NCBI GenBank assembly: GCA_900128565.1
Contig: LT635930.1
Span: 1-44,021 of the forward strand
Direction: 5' to 3'
DNA from: Stramenopiles sp. TOSAG23-6
Taxonomy: Eukaryota
Length of the DNA: 44,021 nucleotides
In this document: in pieces, positions 10,503-19,759 of the stretch
How the letters are laid out: every line of letters begins with the position of its first letter
How positions within the stretch are numbered: the first letter of the stretch is position 1
Translations under genes and position numbers: made by a program
The notes under the pieces: model-generated
Database searches by the model: none
Seen by the model: only the letters and a program-made list of their open reading frames with translations
Told to the model about the DNA's origin: nothing

Positions 10503-12158
10503 TCATCTCATTGTGTCTACCACACACAAATTCGCTTTATAATCACAACTTTTACAATCGTCCAAATCCATACCAATGCCCTGCTGATCGGGACCAGCCG
10601 TCACCCCCTCTGAAAAATCACAACCACCAAGGACGTAACAATCATCCAGATTACAGCTTTGACATTCCTCTGCGCCATCTGTAGTGCAGCCTGATAGAGT
10701 GGCGGTTTGATTTGCCTGTGTATGTGCGTTGAACCATGTGACTGTTGTATCAGACGTTGACCTTGGTGTACCGTTTGAACATGTGCATACATTTGCGGAG
10801 CAAGAAGACCCGTTCAAGTGATAATAGTTGTCGCATGAGCTGCAGATTTCCAAGCCAGAGTCACCGCAACTATCACCTGTTGCAGCTGTACCATTTGAGC
10901 AAGTGCAATCTCCTCCTGGAGTAGGTGCTGGTGTAGGTGCAGAAGTAGGAATATTTTCTGTCTCGGTCACTGTTCCACGCATTGCCGTACACCCGTACAT
11001 AGATTCTGATGTAATAGGGTTGACAGTTGTGCCGTACATCTGACGACAAGTTTTACAAAGGTCCAGATCCGAACCGATGTACTGAGCGTCAGGACCATAA
11101 CCTCCGGCTCCATTTGAGTAGTCACAACCACCAAGGACATAACAATTAGTGGTGTCACAGCTTTGACATTCCTCTTCGCCATGCGTAGTGCAGCCTGATA
11201 GAGTGGCAGTGGCTGTTCCGCCCGTTGGGATTATATCATACGTGATTGTCATAGTATAGACTGATCTTGGTGTACCGTTTGAACATGTGCATACATTTGC
11301 GGCGCAAGAGGATCCATCCAAGTGATAATAGTTGTCGCATGAGCTGCAGCTTTCTGCGCCATCACTTGTGCAGCTGCTACCTGATGCTGCTGTACCATTT
11401 GAACAAGTACACGCATATGCATTTGCAGCACAAGACAATGATCCGTTTAAGGTATAGCCGCTGTTACANGAGCTGCANATTTCGGTGCCATCAGTTGTGC
11501 AGGCACTACCTGANGCAGCTGTACCATTTGAGCAAGTACATGATGCTGTAGTAGTGACAATGTCGCAGTCTAAATAGGTAGCGTCGTTCATCGTAGTAGT
11601 GTCGTCCTCACCATCAAAGCAAGTACCATCAAATGCGGTTTGCGAGACATCTGTCAGTCCACCAGCAAAGACCATATTCTCAAGCCCAGTGTTTTTGAAT
11701 GCATTGTTCTTGATCTTCTTAAGATTTGGGCATCCTGAAAGGTCAAGACTTACAAGATTTGAGCAACCTTTGAAAGCCTTTGCTTTAATTTTTTTGAGGG
11801 TAGTAGAGACAATTGTCAAAGTCTTGATATTATCACAATTTTTGACTGCATTCGCCTCAATCGAAGTCACTGAACTTAAGTTAAAGGTAAGATGAGTGTC
11901 AGCGGATGATGGACATGGATCGAGTACTAAATCCCAATCATTTTTAGTGTCATAATTATCACCATCTCCTGAAGTGAATTCGACGACACTTTGGAGATGA
12001 CGGCGAGACGAAGTTTCGACGGACTGCGAATTCAACTGAAAAGTTACTGCGATAAGCCCAAAGATTGCAAGAACGATACTTGCACGGAAAATGCCACTGG
12101 ATCGAGACTTCTTCTCGTTCATCATAGACATATCCATGTCAACTTTGATAATCTCCAT
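10503..12158 (-). CDS. Type II membrane/surface protein with BspA-like leucine-rich repeats and Cys-rich repeats
   Basis: N-terminal TM helix, SIEANAVKNC / KIKAKAFKGCSNL / KIKNNAFKNT repeats, and five CTCSNGT...CxxC modules. Confidence 0.8.
   Translation of the reverse strand: MEIIKVDMDMSMMNEKKSRSSGIFRASIVLAIFGLIAVTFQLNSQSVETSSRRHLQSVVEFTSGDGDNYDTKNDWDLVLDPCPSSADTHLTFNLSSVTSIEANAVKNCDNIKTLTIVSTTLKKIKAKAFKGCSNLVSLDLSGCPNLKKIKNNAFKNTGLENMVFAGGLTDVSQTAFDGTCFDGEDDTTTMNDATYLDCDIVTTTASCTCSNGTAXSGSACTTDGTEXCSXCNSGYTLNGSLSCAANAYACTCSNGTAASGSSCTSDGAESCSSCDNYYHLDGSSCAANVCTCSNGTPRSVYTMTITYDIIPTGGTATATLSGCTTHGEEECQSCDTTNCYVLGGCDYSNGAGGYGPDAQYIGSDLDLCKTCRQMYGTTVNPITSESMYGCTAMRGTVTETENIPTSAPTPAPTPGGDCTCSNGTAATGDSCGDSGLEICSSCDNYYHLNGSSCSANVCTCSNGTPRSTSDTTVTWFNAHTQANQTATLSGCTTDGAEECQSCNLDDCYVLGGCDFSEGVTAGPDQQGIGMDLDDCKSCDYKANLCVVDTMR
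10622..11349. repeat. Intragenic duplication of Cys-rich modules (~10622-10845 vs ~11123-11349)
   Basis: Long near-identical DNA blocks, e.g. CTTGGTGTACCGTTTGAACATGTGCATACATTTGCGG and GTAGTGCAGCCTGATAGAGTGGC each occur twice. Confidence 0.85.
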
Positions 12159-12396
12159 TGTCTTTTTCTCAGCAAGATTTTTAAAGTTATCCGCGGGGAT
12201 ACAAGGAAGGATACAGTCCCTTGGATACAGAGAGCGAGTTTAAATCGTTTGGAGGGGCTTTTAATAGCATGTTTGTTCCATCAACCGTATAAGTCAAAAG
12301 TGTAGATCAAAAGGTACCATGAACAATGTATTAAAATGATTTAAATTTTATTTTGGATGAAATCAATACACTTTATTTTCATCCTGAAAATCAAAT

Positions 12397-14184
12397 TTAT
12401 GTAACTAACATTTTTTTAGCAAATGTGCTCATACAACAACCAAATGCCTGTATAGGTGAAAATGGGTATTTAAAATCTAGAGAATATACATTCCTTCTCA
12501 CTTTCCCAAAACGAAGCTGTTCTGTATCAATCCCAAATTCACTTTCTAGATGACATGTGTTGTAAAAAAATATTTTAAAAATTTGAAATTCGTTAGGTAT
12601 GGTATTTGGTACGAAAAGAATAAATTTGAAATTCATGATAAAAACGTACATGAACTTTCCACCTCAAGTAGAAAATTTTTTTTTGACGCTTTCTTTACAC
12701 GACCATCAAAATTGAGAGTCCACGCATTCAAATCTTTATTCCATTTATTGTAAAAAAATATAAAAAAAAAATCGTTAGGTACAAAAGTTTCTATGAAAAA
12801 AAAAAAAAAAAAAGTCGATATTATTTTGAAAACGTACACGATGGCTGTTTTGTACGAAATTGTAATAATTGAGACTGTTCTTGAACGCCCAAAGATGCAT
12901 ATTCATTTCTAATAACCTCCTTCTCACCTCCGGTAGGTTTCTCCTTTGTAATTCGATTTTTTTGTTCCATATCAAATCGGTCACAAAGACTCATAAAATT
13001 AGCTTTCAATGCATCTTCATCATCATGACGTGGTAGTATCACTTTCATGTATTTTGGAAAAATATTTGAAAAAAAAATTGTTCGGTACAAAATTTCGTAT
13101 GAAAAAATAAATTCGAAATAAAAAAAAAATAAAACATACATCGAGTTTGGCACTCGGGCTAAGATATTAGTCTCAAAACGAATATGGATTAAATCGTGAG
13201 CAGCATATATTTTCAAAAATACTTTACATTTTGATGTTTCTTTGTTAGGTACAAAATTTGGTATGAAAAAGATATTTATTCAATTTTGAAAAAAACGTAC
13301 ATGACTACTTTTCACCTTTAATTGAGGATTTCGTGCTCTATAATCAAAAAGAGAAAACTGCTTTCCAGTCATATTACTTATCATACACCCTAAATATACT
13401 GGACTTGACTCAGATGTTGGTATACTATCTATAGTTGTTAGCCTAAAAGTGTTATTAATTGTACTAAATATACAGAGACCCTTGTGCGTACTATTCATAC
13501 TAGCAGCCATGTNTTCGTGAAAAAATATTTTTTTTTTGTCAAAAAGCTTGTTAGGTACAAAATTGTGTATGAAAAAAAATATATATTCATGATGAAAACA
13601 TACATCATAAATTCGCCCGATTGTTTGTGAAAATGCCAAGCAGTAACAAACGCACCGACGTATCGACGAATATATCCTAAACACCATATATCAGACACGG
13701 AATCAGTTACAGGAGATAAAAATGTTGCCTTTTGTCCGTGCATTAGTTGGTGCAGACGCTGACCTTCTGGAACCTCAGCAAAGTCCGTTGTTGGTTTCTC
13801 TTTAAATATTCCTCGGAGCTTATTTGGATTATCTTTTATTGGTTCGCTTATTAAAGCATTACCCGTAGAGAGATCAAAGAGTTCATCTCCACTAGCAGAA
13901 TACTCTTCGTAGGACTCTTCGTCGTCAGAAACATTATTTGAGCCTTCTTGAGAACTGTTATCCGAGTCTTTCTTAGAATCCTCAACATCTACAGTCACAA
14001 GTTCTGCCTGTATGTTGCTTTCTTTTACAGTGGGCGTACTTAATTTATTCACGTCTGTGCTGATTGGCTCACTTAGAATACCCTTCTCTACATTTGATTC
14101 AGTCTCTAAGGGAGCTGCGTTTAAATTAGTTTCGGCTACATCACCGAAAATATCCCAAACGTCATCGAACTTTTGATCTCCCAT
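12397..14184 (-). CDS. Tubby-like protein; six exons 14184-13604, 13508-13301, 13204-13140, 13046-12838, 12742-12650, 12554-12397 (~437 aa)
   Basis: The spliced product has Tub-domain motifs YLGCMISNMTGKQFSLFD, FETNILARVPNSMKVILP, KQPSWNKDLNAWTLNFDGRVKKASKKNFLL and LRFGKV...YSLDFKYPFSPIQAFG. Exon lengths sum to 1314 nt, in frame. Confidence 0.88.
12555..12649 (-). other. GT-AT intron, family member (95 nt)
   Basis: TCAT|GTACGT...ATACCTAAC...ACAACACAT|GT; restores the frame. Confidence 0.82.
12743..12837 (-). other. GT-AT intron, family member (95 nt)
   Basis: TCGT|GTACGT...GTACCTAAC...ACAATAAAT|GG; rebuilds the Trp of the Tub P-x-W-N motif. Confidence 0.85.
13047..13139 (-). other. GT-AT intron, family member (93 nt, in frame, no stop)
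   Basis: TCGAT|GTATGT...CATACGAAATTTTGTACCGAAC...AAAATACAT|G; gives PNSMKVILP. Confidence 0.85.
13205..13300 (-). other. GT-AT intron, family member (96 nt)
   Basis: CAT|GTACGT...GTACCTAAC...AAAATATAT|GCT. The two AGs after the branch motif are out of frame. Confidence 0.82.
13509..13603 (-). other. GT-AT intron, family member (95 nt)
   Basis: ATGAT|GTATGT...GTACCTAAC...CGAANACAT|G; gives EFMMAAS. Confidence 0.82.
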
Positions 14185-14612
14185 ATTCAGTGTAGTTCCA
14201 ATTCTTTTGTAGGCTTAAATAATGATCGTAATTTCAACTCTAATATTTTGCAAAACTTGAGCTCAGGTTTCAGATTAATCGTAAATCTCCTCAAAATAAT
14301 CAAGTTTCTACAAGGAACGAGATACGTAGCCTTCCTTTGAAGTTTGAACTGCCTGAAAGGAGGAGGAGGCTCTCTCGAGGATAATTTAACCAATTTAACC
14401 GTCGCAAAATTCACTAAAAAAAAATTAAAACTTATCAAAATAAACCGTTATTTCGATTTCGCGCTAGACGAAGATAGTACGTTCAACAGTATCGTTCAAG
14501 ATACTCTCAAGATACGCTCAAAATATCGTAAGGCGCACACACCTAGCAAGGCCTACGTAATTGTACACTTCATTTTTAAAGCCCTTTCCTCCCTTTATAT
14601 TCTAAACGCATT

Positions 14613-15470
14613 ATGAAATCAGACGTTCCAGTGTCACACGCACAACCAGTATACGTAGCGGCACCGACGCAGCCAGTATACGTCATGGCGTCACCCACGC
14701 ACCAAACACCACTTTTGAAGCAGAATCAAAAAACACAAAAAGTTCACAACAAATTCGCATACATAACAATGGTTGTACTTTTCATTGCATTTGGACTTCA
14801 AATTGGTGCACTGGGTTGGGATACGTACGGTGAAATTAAAGGTGGAATTAAAATAAAAAATTTCACAGTGAAAGGTAAGTTTGATTTGGGTTGGAAAAAA
14901 TGCAAAAGAAGTGTTTCCGTGTCGAGTCTGAAAGATACTGTTTCCGCGTCATACAAGAGTATGAAAGAGGATGGCGTCGATTACGTTGACGATATAATCT
15001 TTGCAGGAAAATTCATCTTCGGAGGCTTAATTACCTCTTTACTGCTGAATGTTATCGCCACGGCTCTAATTTTGTTGCACCAAAAGAATCTAGCTGTAAT
15101 TGTTGTCAGTCTTGCTATTGTTTCCGGAGTAACTGCTATTTGCGTATGGAAGTTTGAGGGTGAAAAGTCCGTGAAAAATTTCATAAAAGAGTGGCGTACG
15201 AGTGAACCGGCTTGGCTAAAGAAGGGGGTAAGCACCCTTCATGGGCGTCAAAAGTTTGACTATCCAAGCTTTGACTGGGACAATGAAGGGACCAATGAAG
15301 GGACCAATGAAGGGAGCTTTGACTGGCCTGACTGGACCTTTGACCATCCCGTTCACCATCCCGTGAAAATGGAATCTTCTTTTAATATGTTTGTGAAATC
15401 TACAATTTTGGGCGCGGTAGCTAATATCTTAATGTTTTGTACTTCAATTACTTATGCATGTGCAGCCTAA
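14613..15470 (+). CDS. Four-TM membrane protein (claudin-like topology), hypothetical
   Basis: 285-aa ORF with four hydrophobic segments and short internal repeats (NEGT, SFDW, HPV). Confidence 0.7.
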   Translation: MKSDVPVSHAQPVYVAAPTQPVYVMASPTHQTPLLKQNQKTQKVHNKFAYITMVVLFIAFGLQIGALGWDTYGEIKGGIKIKNFTVKGKFDLGWKKCKRSVSVSSLKDTVSASYKSMKEDGVDYVDDIIFAGKFIFGGLITSLLLNVIATALILLHQKNLAVIVVSLAIVSGVTAICVWKFEGEKSVKNFIKEWRTSEPAWLKKGVSTLHGRQKFDYPSFDWDNEGTNEGTNEGSFDWPDWTFDHPVHHPVKMESSFNMFVKSTILGAVANILMFCTSITYACAA

Positions 15471-15569
15471 GGGGAAAATACGAAACACTTAAATGCGCAA
15501 TGAATTTTATTTGTTTAATTTTCAAGTCAGCACAATAAAAAGAAGACAGTGTTACTCAAAATATTATAA

Positions 15570-17057
15570 TCACGCTGTTGTAGGTATTGTTGAACTAGTA
15601 TTACTGATAGTGAAAGATTTCACAGAAGAGCCACCAGTTTGCTTCATATTTGCAGTATTTGCAGCTTCATTTTCATTTTCCATTTCTTCATCGATAAACC
15701 TTCGCGATGCGTCAAACCAAGCATTCGGATGATTTCCAACATCATTTGCATCAGCACCTTTATGTGTTACTTCAAAATGCTTTCTACATGCAATTTGAAA
15801 ATGGCCATTCTTTGCAGCATCAATAATATTATTGATATCACTACCACTGACTTTGAGCTTAGATAATCGTGCTCGAAGATGAGTGTCATCCCAATGACGA
15901 AACGGGCAACCGTGACTTTGCCCTGCAGCTGGCGCAGGTCCCATTATAATTTTCATGCACCCATGTGGTGTATAGTTAGCGCGTTTACCTTCCTTACCAT
16001 AACTATGGCGTATATTGTAGGCATATTTTTTGTCAAAGTCATCGGAAGACATCTTCTTTGTAAATGTATTTTTCCAAAAGGTCATGGCGTCTTCAAGTGA
16101 AAGCCCAATCCCTTTTAAGAAAAGTCCATACTGTTGTCGACCTTCATATTTCAAATGATGTTGCTGGCGCATAGCTGTGTGTAGATTATTCATACACATA
16201 GGCATTGAGGAACGAGAGAGAGAATCAATCATTGCAGGAGTAACCTTATCAAGAATCTTCACGTCGGCACTATAATCTTTACCCAAATATTGTCTGCTAA
16301 TATTTTTCAAAAGTGGTGTCAAACGGTTGTCAGATAAAACGCGCACCATAGACTTTGCAGCCAATGCTAGAGATTTGGATAAATGTTCACGAAAACGACG
16401 CTGTAGAAGATTGATTAGATGCTCTCGTGGTACAAACGCAAAACCATCATTGACAAAAACTTGACGTCTTTGAACTAGCTCAAGAGCTTGTTCGAATGGA
16501 ACACGAAAATAGTTAATTTCTAGTTGTTCAGTTTTATTGCCATATGCATTTGCCGCGTGCACCTGTCGCAATTGTCGGGAGAAAAGTTCTCGGTCACTCG
16601 CAGATATTTGCTCATAGTTGAGTTTGTATATCCTCATAAACGCATCGACATCCTTCGGACTCTCCTCTTTAAAACGATGACGAAATAATGCGCACTCATT
16701 CGATAAAAACCAGCGACGCAGTTCCTCTGTTTGACAATACGCCAAACGAAGAATATAATGCGATATGGTATCTTTTCTTTCGTCGCCTTTAAAACGTAAA
16801 CGAAGTACTCGGTCGTGTATTTTCTTCACAGCTGCACTAAACTCCTCCCCCTTCAGACCCTGATCCTGAGCTGTTGCAATTGCTTGCAAAACCTGTAAAC
16901 GATCATATGCAAATGACTCAAACTCATCAAGAGAAACATCTTGTGATGGTGGTATTGTATACAGTGATAACCGCGTCTCCAAAGGACGGCGCCCATCACG
17001 TCCTTGTCTGCCTGTTCCAGGGGTAGTAGTTCGTTTAGATGTCGACAAGATTTCCAT
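15570..17057 (-). CDS. PRIM2: DNA primase large subunit
   Basis: KDTISHYILRLAYC, PMCM, HLKYEGRQQYGLFLKGIG, YAYNIRHSYGKEG, HGCPF, ACRKHF and HPNAWF (Fe-S cysteines). Intronless. Confidence 0.96.
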   Translation of the reverse strand: MEILSTSKRTTTPGTGRQGRDGRRPLETRLSLYTIPPSQDVSLDEFESFAYDRLQVLQAIATAQDQGLKGEEFSAAVKKIHDRVLRLRFKGDERKDTISHYILRLAYCQTEELRRWFLSNECALFRHRFKEESPKDVDAFMRIYKLNYEQISASDRELFSRQLRQVHAANAYGNKTEQLEINYFRVPFEQALELVQRRQVFVNDGFAFVPREHLINLLQRRFREHLSKSLALAAKSMVRVLSDNRLTPLLKNISRQYLGKDYSADVKILDKVTPAMIDSLSRSSMPMCMNNLHTAMRQQHHLKYEGRQQYGLFLKGIGLSLEDAMTFWKNTFTKKMSSDDFDKKYAYNIRHSYGKEGKRANYTPHGCMKIIMGPAPAAGQSHGCPFRHWDDTHLRARLSKLKVSGSDINNIIDAAKNGHFQIACRKHFEVTHKGADANDVGNHPNAWFDASRRFIDEEMENENEAANTANMKQTGGSSVKSFTISNTSSTIPTTA

Positions 17058-17468
17058 ACTGAAACTCTAGTTTGTGCTTAAAGGCTTATCTTAGACACCT
17101 AAAGATAGACAAAGACTGAATAATCTACTGGTATGGCAGAGATACCAATACACGTATCGCCTTATGTACAATCAAATTGAAATTAGGCGGCTCGTTTAGT
17201 CTATATTGTCCTGGAAAACCTCTCTCTTTTATCCAAGTGTCCGTCAAATTTAGTGAAACATCCCGAAACATCAACGTTGAAAAAATTTATTTTGCGCGCG
17301 CGGTCAACTTTTTGGAAGTCTTCTACTAAAGCACCACGACTCCAAGTATATATAGAGAATATTAATAGATTCCACGCTCTTTGAGTATTGTAATTATATA
17401 TCAAACTCCACGATCCTAGCTACGTATTCGACAAACGTTATAAGTCATCTTCTAGATAATCCTGCAAA

Positions 17469-19697
17469 ATGCCAAAGCGCTGGAAGCGGCGACTCCGAAC
17501 TCAAATGCGGTTGGCTCACGAAGCCAATGCATTACGTGTTCCGAATTCTTCATTGAATAACTCAAAAGTGGTTGAATCAAAGCAGCCCCAGGAATATTTC
17601 CCACTTGACGAAAAAGGTGCTGCTCGTTTTCTTAATGTAGAAGCGATGTCGAAGTCAGATTCCCCTACTGATCTGACGTATCATAGTGCTGGATTACCCA
17701 TATTATATGGTAGTTTAATTGATCTTCCTATTCCTATTCAGGAAGGAAGTGCTGATCTCAAAATAAAGTTAGTCGCCACTGGGGGAGAAATACAGTATTC
17801 TGTATCTTGGGAGTCTCTCTGCCCAGTAAAGCATTTAGGTGTATCCCCTTCGAAAGTTCAGAAATACATTGAAAGTGAGACATCGCTTAAAAATTCTAAT
17901 GAAAATTCTACAATACCTCCGAGTATTTTTGAAAAAGAAGAGTCACTAGAATTATTGCCCTTAACTAATCTGAAAGGTTCGGACAACATTTCCCTGTTTA
18001 TTCCTAAAGCTGGTGTTGTTACATTACATGTGCAAAATAGTAGTACTACCTGGCCCGTAAAGGATGTACATTTTCAAAATTGAATTTCGAATTTTTTTTT
18101 TTCATAGAAAATTTTGTACCTAACGATTTCTTTTTTTATCTACACTTTTTTTCACAATACATGATGATGTAGTATTACACTACGTTGTCTCTTTAGAACA
18201 CATTTGTCCTTTGGTAACGAAACGAAATATCATGTATTCACTTAAAAAGCAGTGTAACGATTTAAATTCGATATATCGTGATAGTCTTAGAGTTGTTGAA
18301 GAAAGTAGTCAAAATTTAGAAACACTTAGAAAGAAATTATGTATGTTTTATTTTTTTTTTTACAAAAAAATCGAATTTATTTTTTTTGAAAAATTTTGTA
18401 CCTAACAAATTTAAGGTTTTTTTTTTNAAANATTTTTNCNAAANACATAACAATAAACACTCCTGCTCCGGTGCTTGCAGGATCACAGACTGTAGTTATC
18501 CAACGTGATCCAAGTATACCATGGTATGAAAGAATGTACAATGATGCACACAAGGCAGGAAATATTCGTCTAATATCAGGTCGCGAATTATTATTTGGGA
18601 ATCCAGAAAATGATGTGCAAAAAGAACATAAAAGCAATAAGAATATTAATAATACTAATCATGATAATAAAGAAGATGGCGAAGTGGAGAGTAAACGTAT
18701 CATTCATCAGAATCCTGTAGATATTGAGCTCTCTGCGGCAGCAATCCAACGTAATAGAGCTAGAGCTTTGAAGAAAGAGCAAGAAGATAAGGAGCTTGAT
18801 CATTTCGCTGAAGCAAGGTATGAGTACTCTCAGTGGTTGGCAAATGAAGAGGAGAAACTCACTGGAAATCATGTTGAGTCTCCTATTAAAGAAAAACGTT
18901 GGAAGCCTTTTATTGGTATTCAACGATTGAAAGAATATAGAGAAGTAGAAGCGTCAAATTCACCAACAAATCGTAATTTAATTGTTGAATCTAAGGCCTA
19001 TGTCAAATCAAATGGTCCAAAAGATGCATTTGGTGATTTACGAAGAGCACAGCAAATAGAAAGGCGACAACGATTAACCAAAAAGCGCACAGGCAATATT
19101 GTACGAAAGAAGCAAAATGTTAAATCAGGTAAAAGGGTAATTAGAATGAATGAACACCATTGGGAGCATTCAGCAAAGGCTCGTGAACGAAATCTATTCA
19201 GGATGAAAAATCCAAGTACATTGCTCCAGCCCCATGGTTTTAAATCCAAGATCAATGGTAATTCGAACCAACAACAAAATCTTAGTAAACTTGAAAAGTT
19301 TGCAAAAAATAGTAAAAGTAATAAATATCAACATAGTACACTTGACACGCAACAAAATGATACAGTACAGAATATACGATTAACATCTTATGATAGGCCT
19401 ATCCTTAGTGCAGAGGAATTAGCAAAACGTCGGGCTGATATTAGAAAACAGTTTTCGCGTAAATTCTCATGCAAAAGTTCGAATAGGCGAAGAAATAATA
19501 TATCATCAAGGAGATCAAAAACATCTAGATCAAAAAGATCTGCTTCTTCAAAGGGTGAACAAAATAATAGGGAAGATAAAAGTGTGTATACATCCAAATT
19601 TCGACATCTTGACAATGTGAATACACTTTATGCACTTCGTGGAAATTCGATAATGTTTGGGTGCCCCTCCTCAATTGATTCTTCGTTTACTATATAA
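17469..19697 (+). CDS. Hypothetical protein with possible N-terminal GOLD-like domain and coiled coil; exons 17469-18065, 18163-18340, ~18448-19697 (second junction unresolved)
   Basis: Three open segments separated by two family introns. GVVTLHVQNS..W.VKD|DDVVLHYVV resembles a GOLD C-terminus. May be two genes. Confidence 0.55.
18066..18162 (+). other. GT-AT intron, family member (97 nt)
   Basis: GGAT|GTACAT...GTACCTAAC...CACAATACAT|GAT; joins two ORFs in frame. Confidence 0.82.
18341..18448 (+). other. Family element (108 nt); GT-AT removal creates TAA
   Basis: TTAT|GTATGT...GTACCTAAC...AAANACAT|AA. Several Ns; 3' boundary uncertain. Confidence 0.7.
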
Positions 19698-19759
19698 ATA
19701 TATATATAAAATTAAATATTTCTAGAGAAATTTCCTTTAATGCATACAAATAATTATAA

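Noticed and set aside
12730-12745. Canonical AG acceptor 9 nt downstream for the 12837 donor
   Set aside because: It is in frame but would delete the conserved Trp-Asn of the Tub P-x-W-N motif.
12555-13603. Ciliate-like internally eliminated sequences or a CRISPR-like array
   Set aside because: Strict sense orientation plus GTAYGT/CTAAC signals point to RNA splicing. Repeats are diverged, irregularly spaced and separated by coding exons. DNA-level excision is not formally excluded.
12397-14184. Tubby-like (and PPase, helicase) genes as frameshifted pseudogenes
   Set aside because: All disruptions coincide with the insertions, and removing them yields uninterrupted proteins with conserved motifs.
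14187-14616. Short ORFs between the Tubby-like and 4-TM genes
   Set aside because: No motifs; divergent promoter region.
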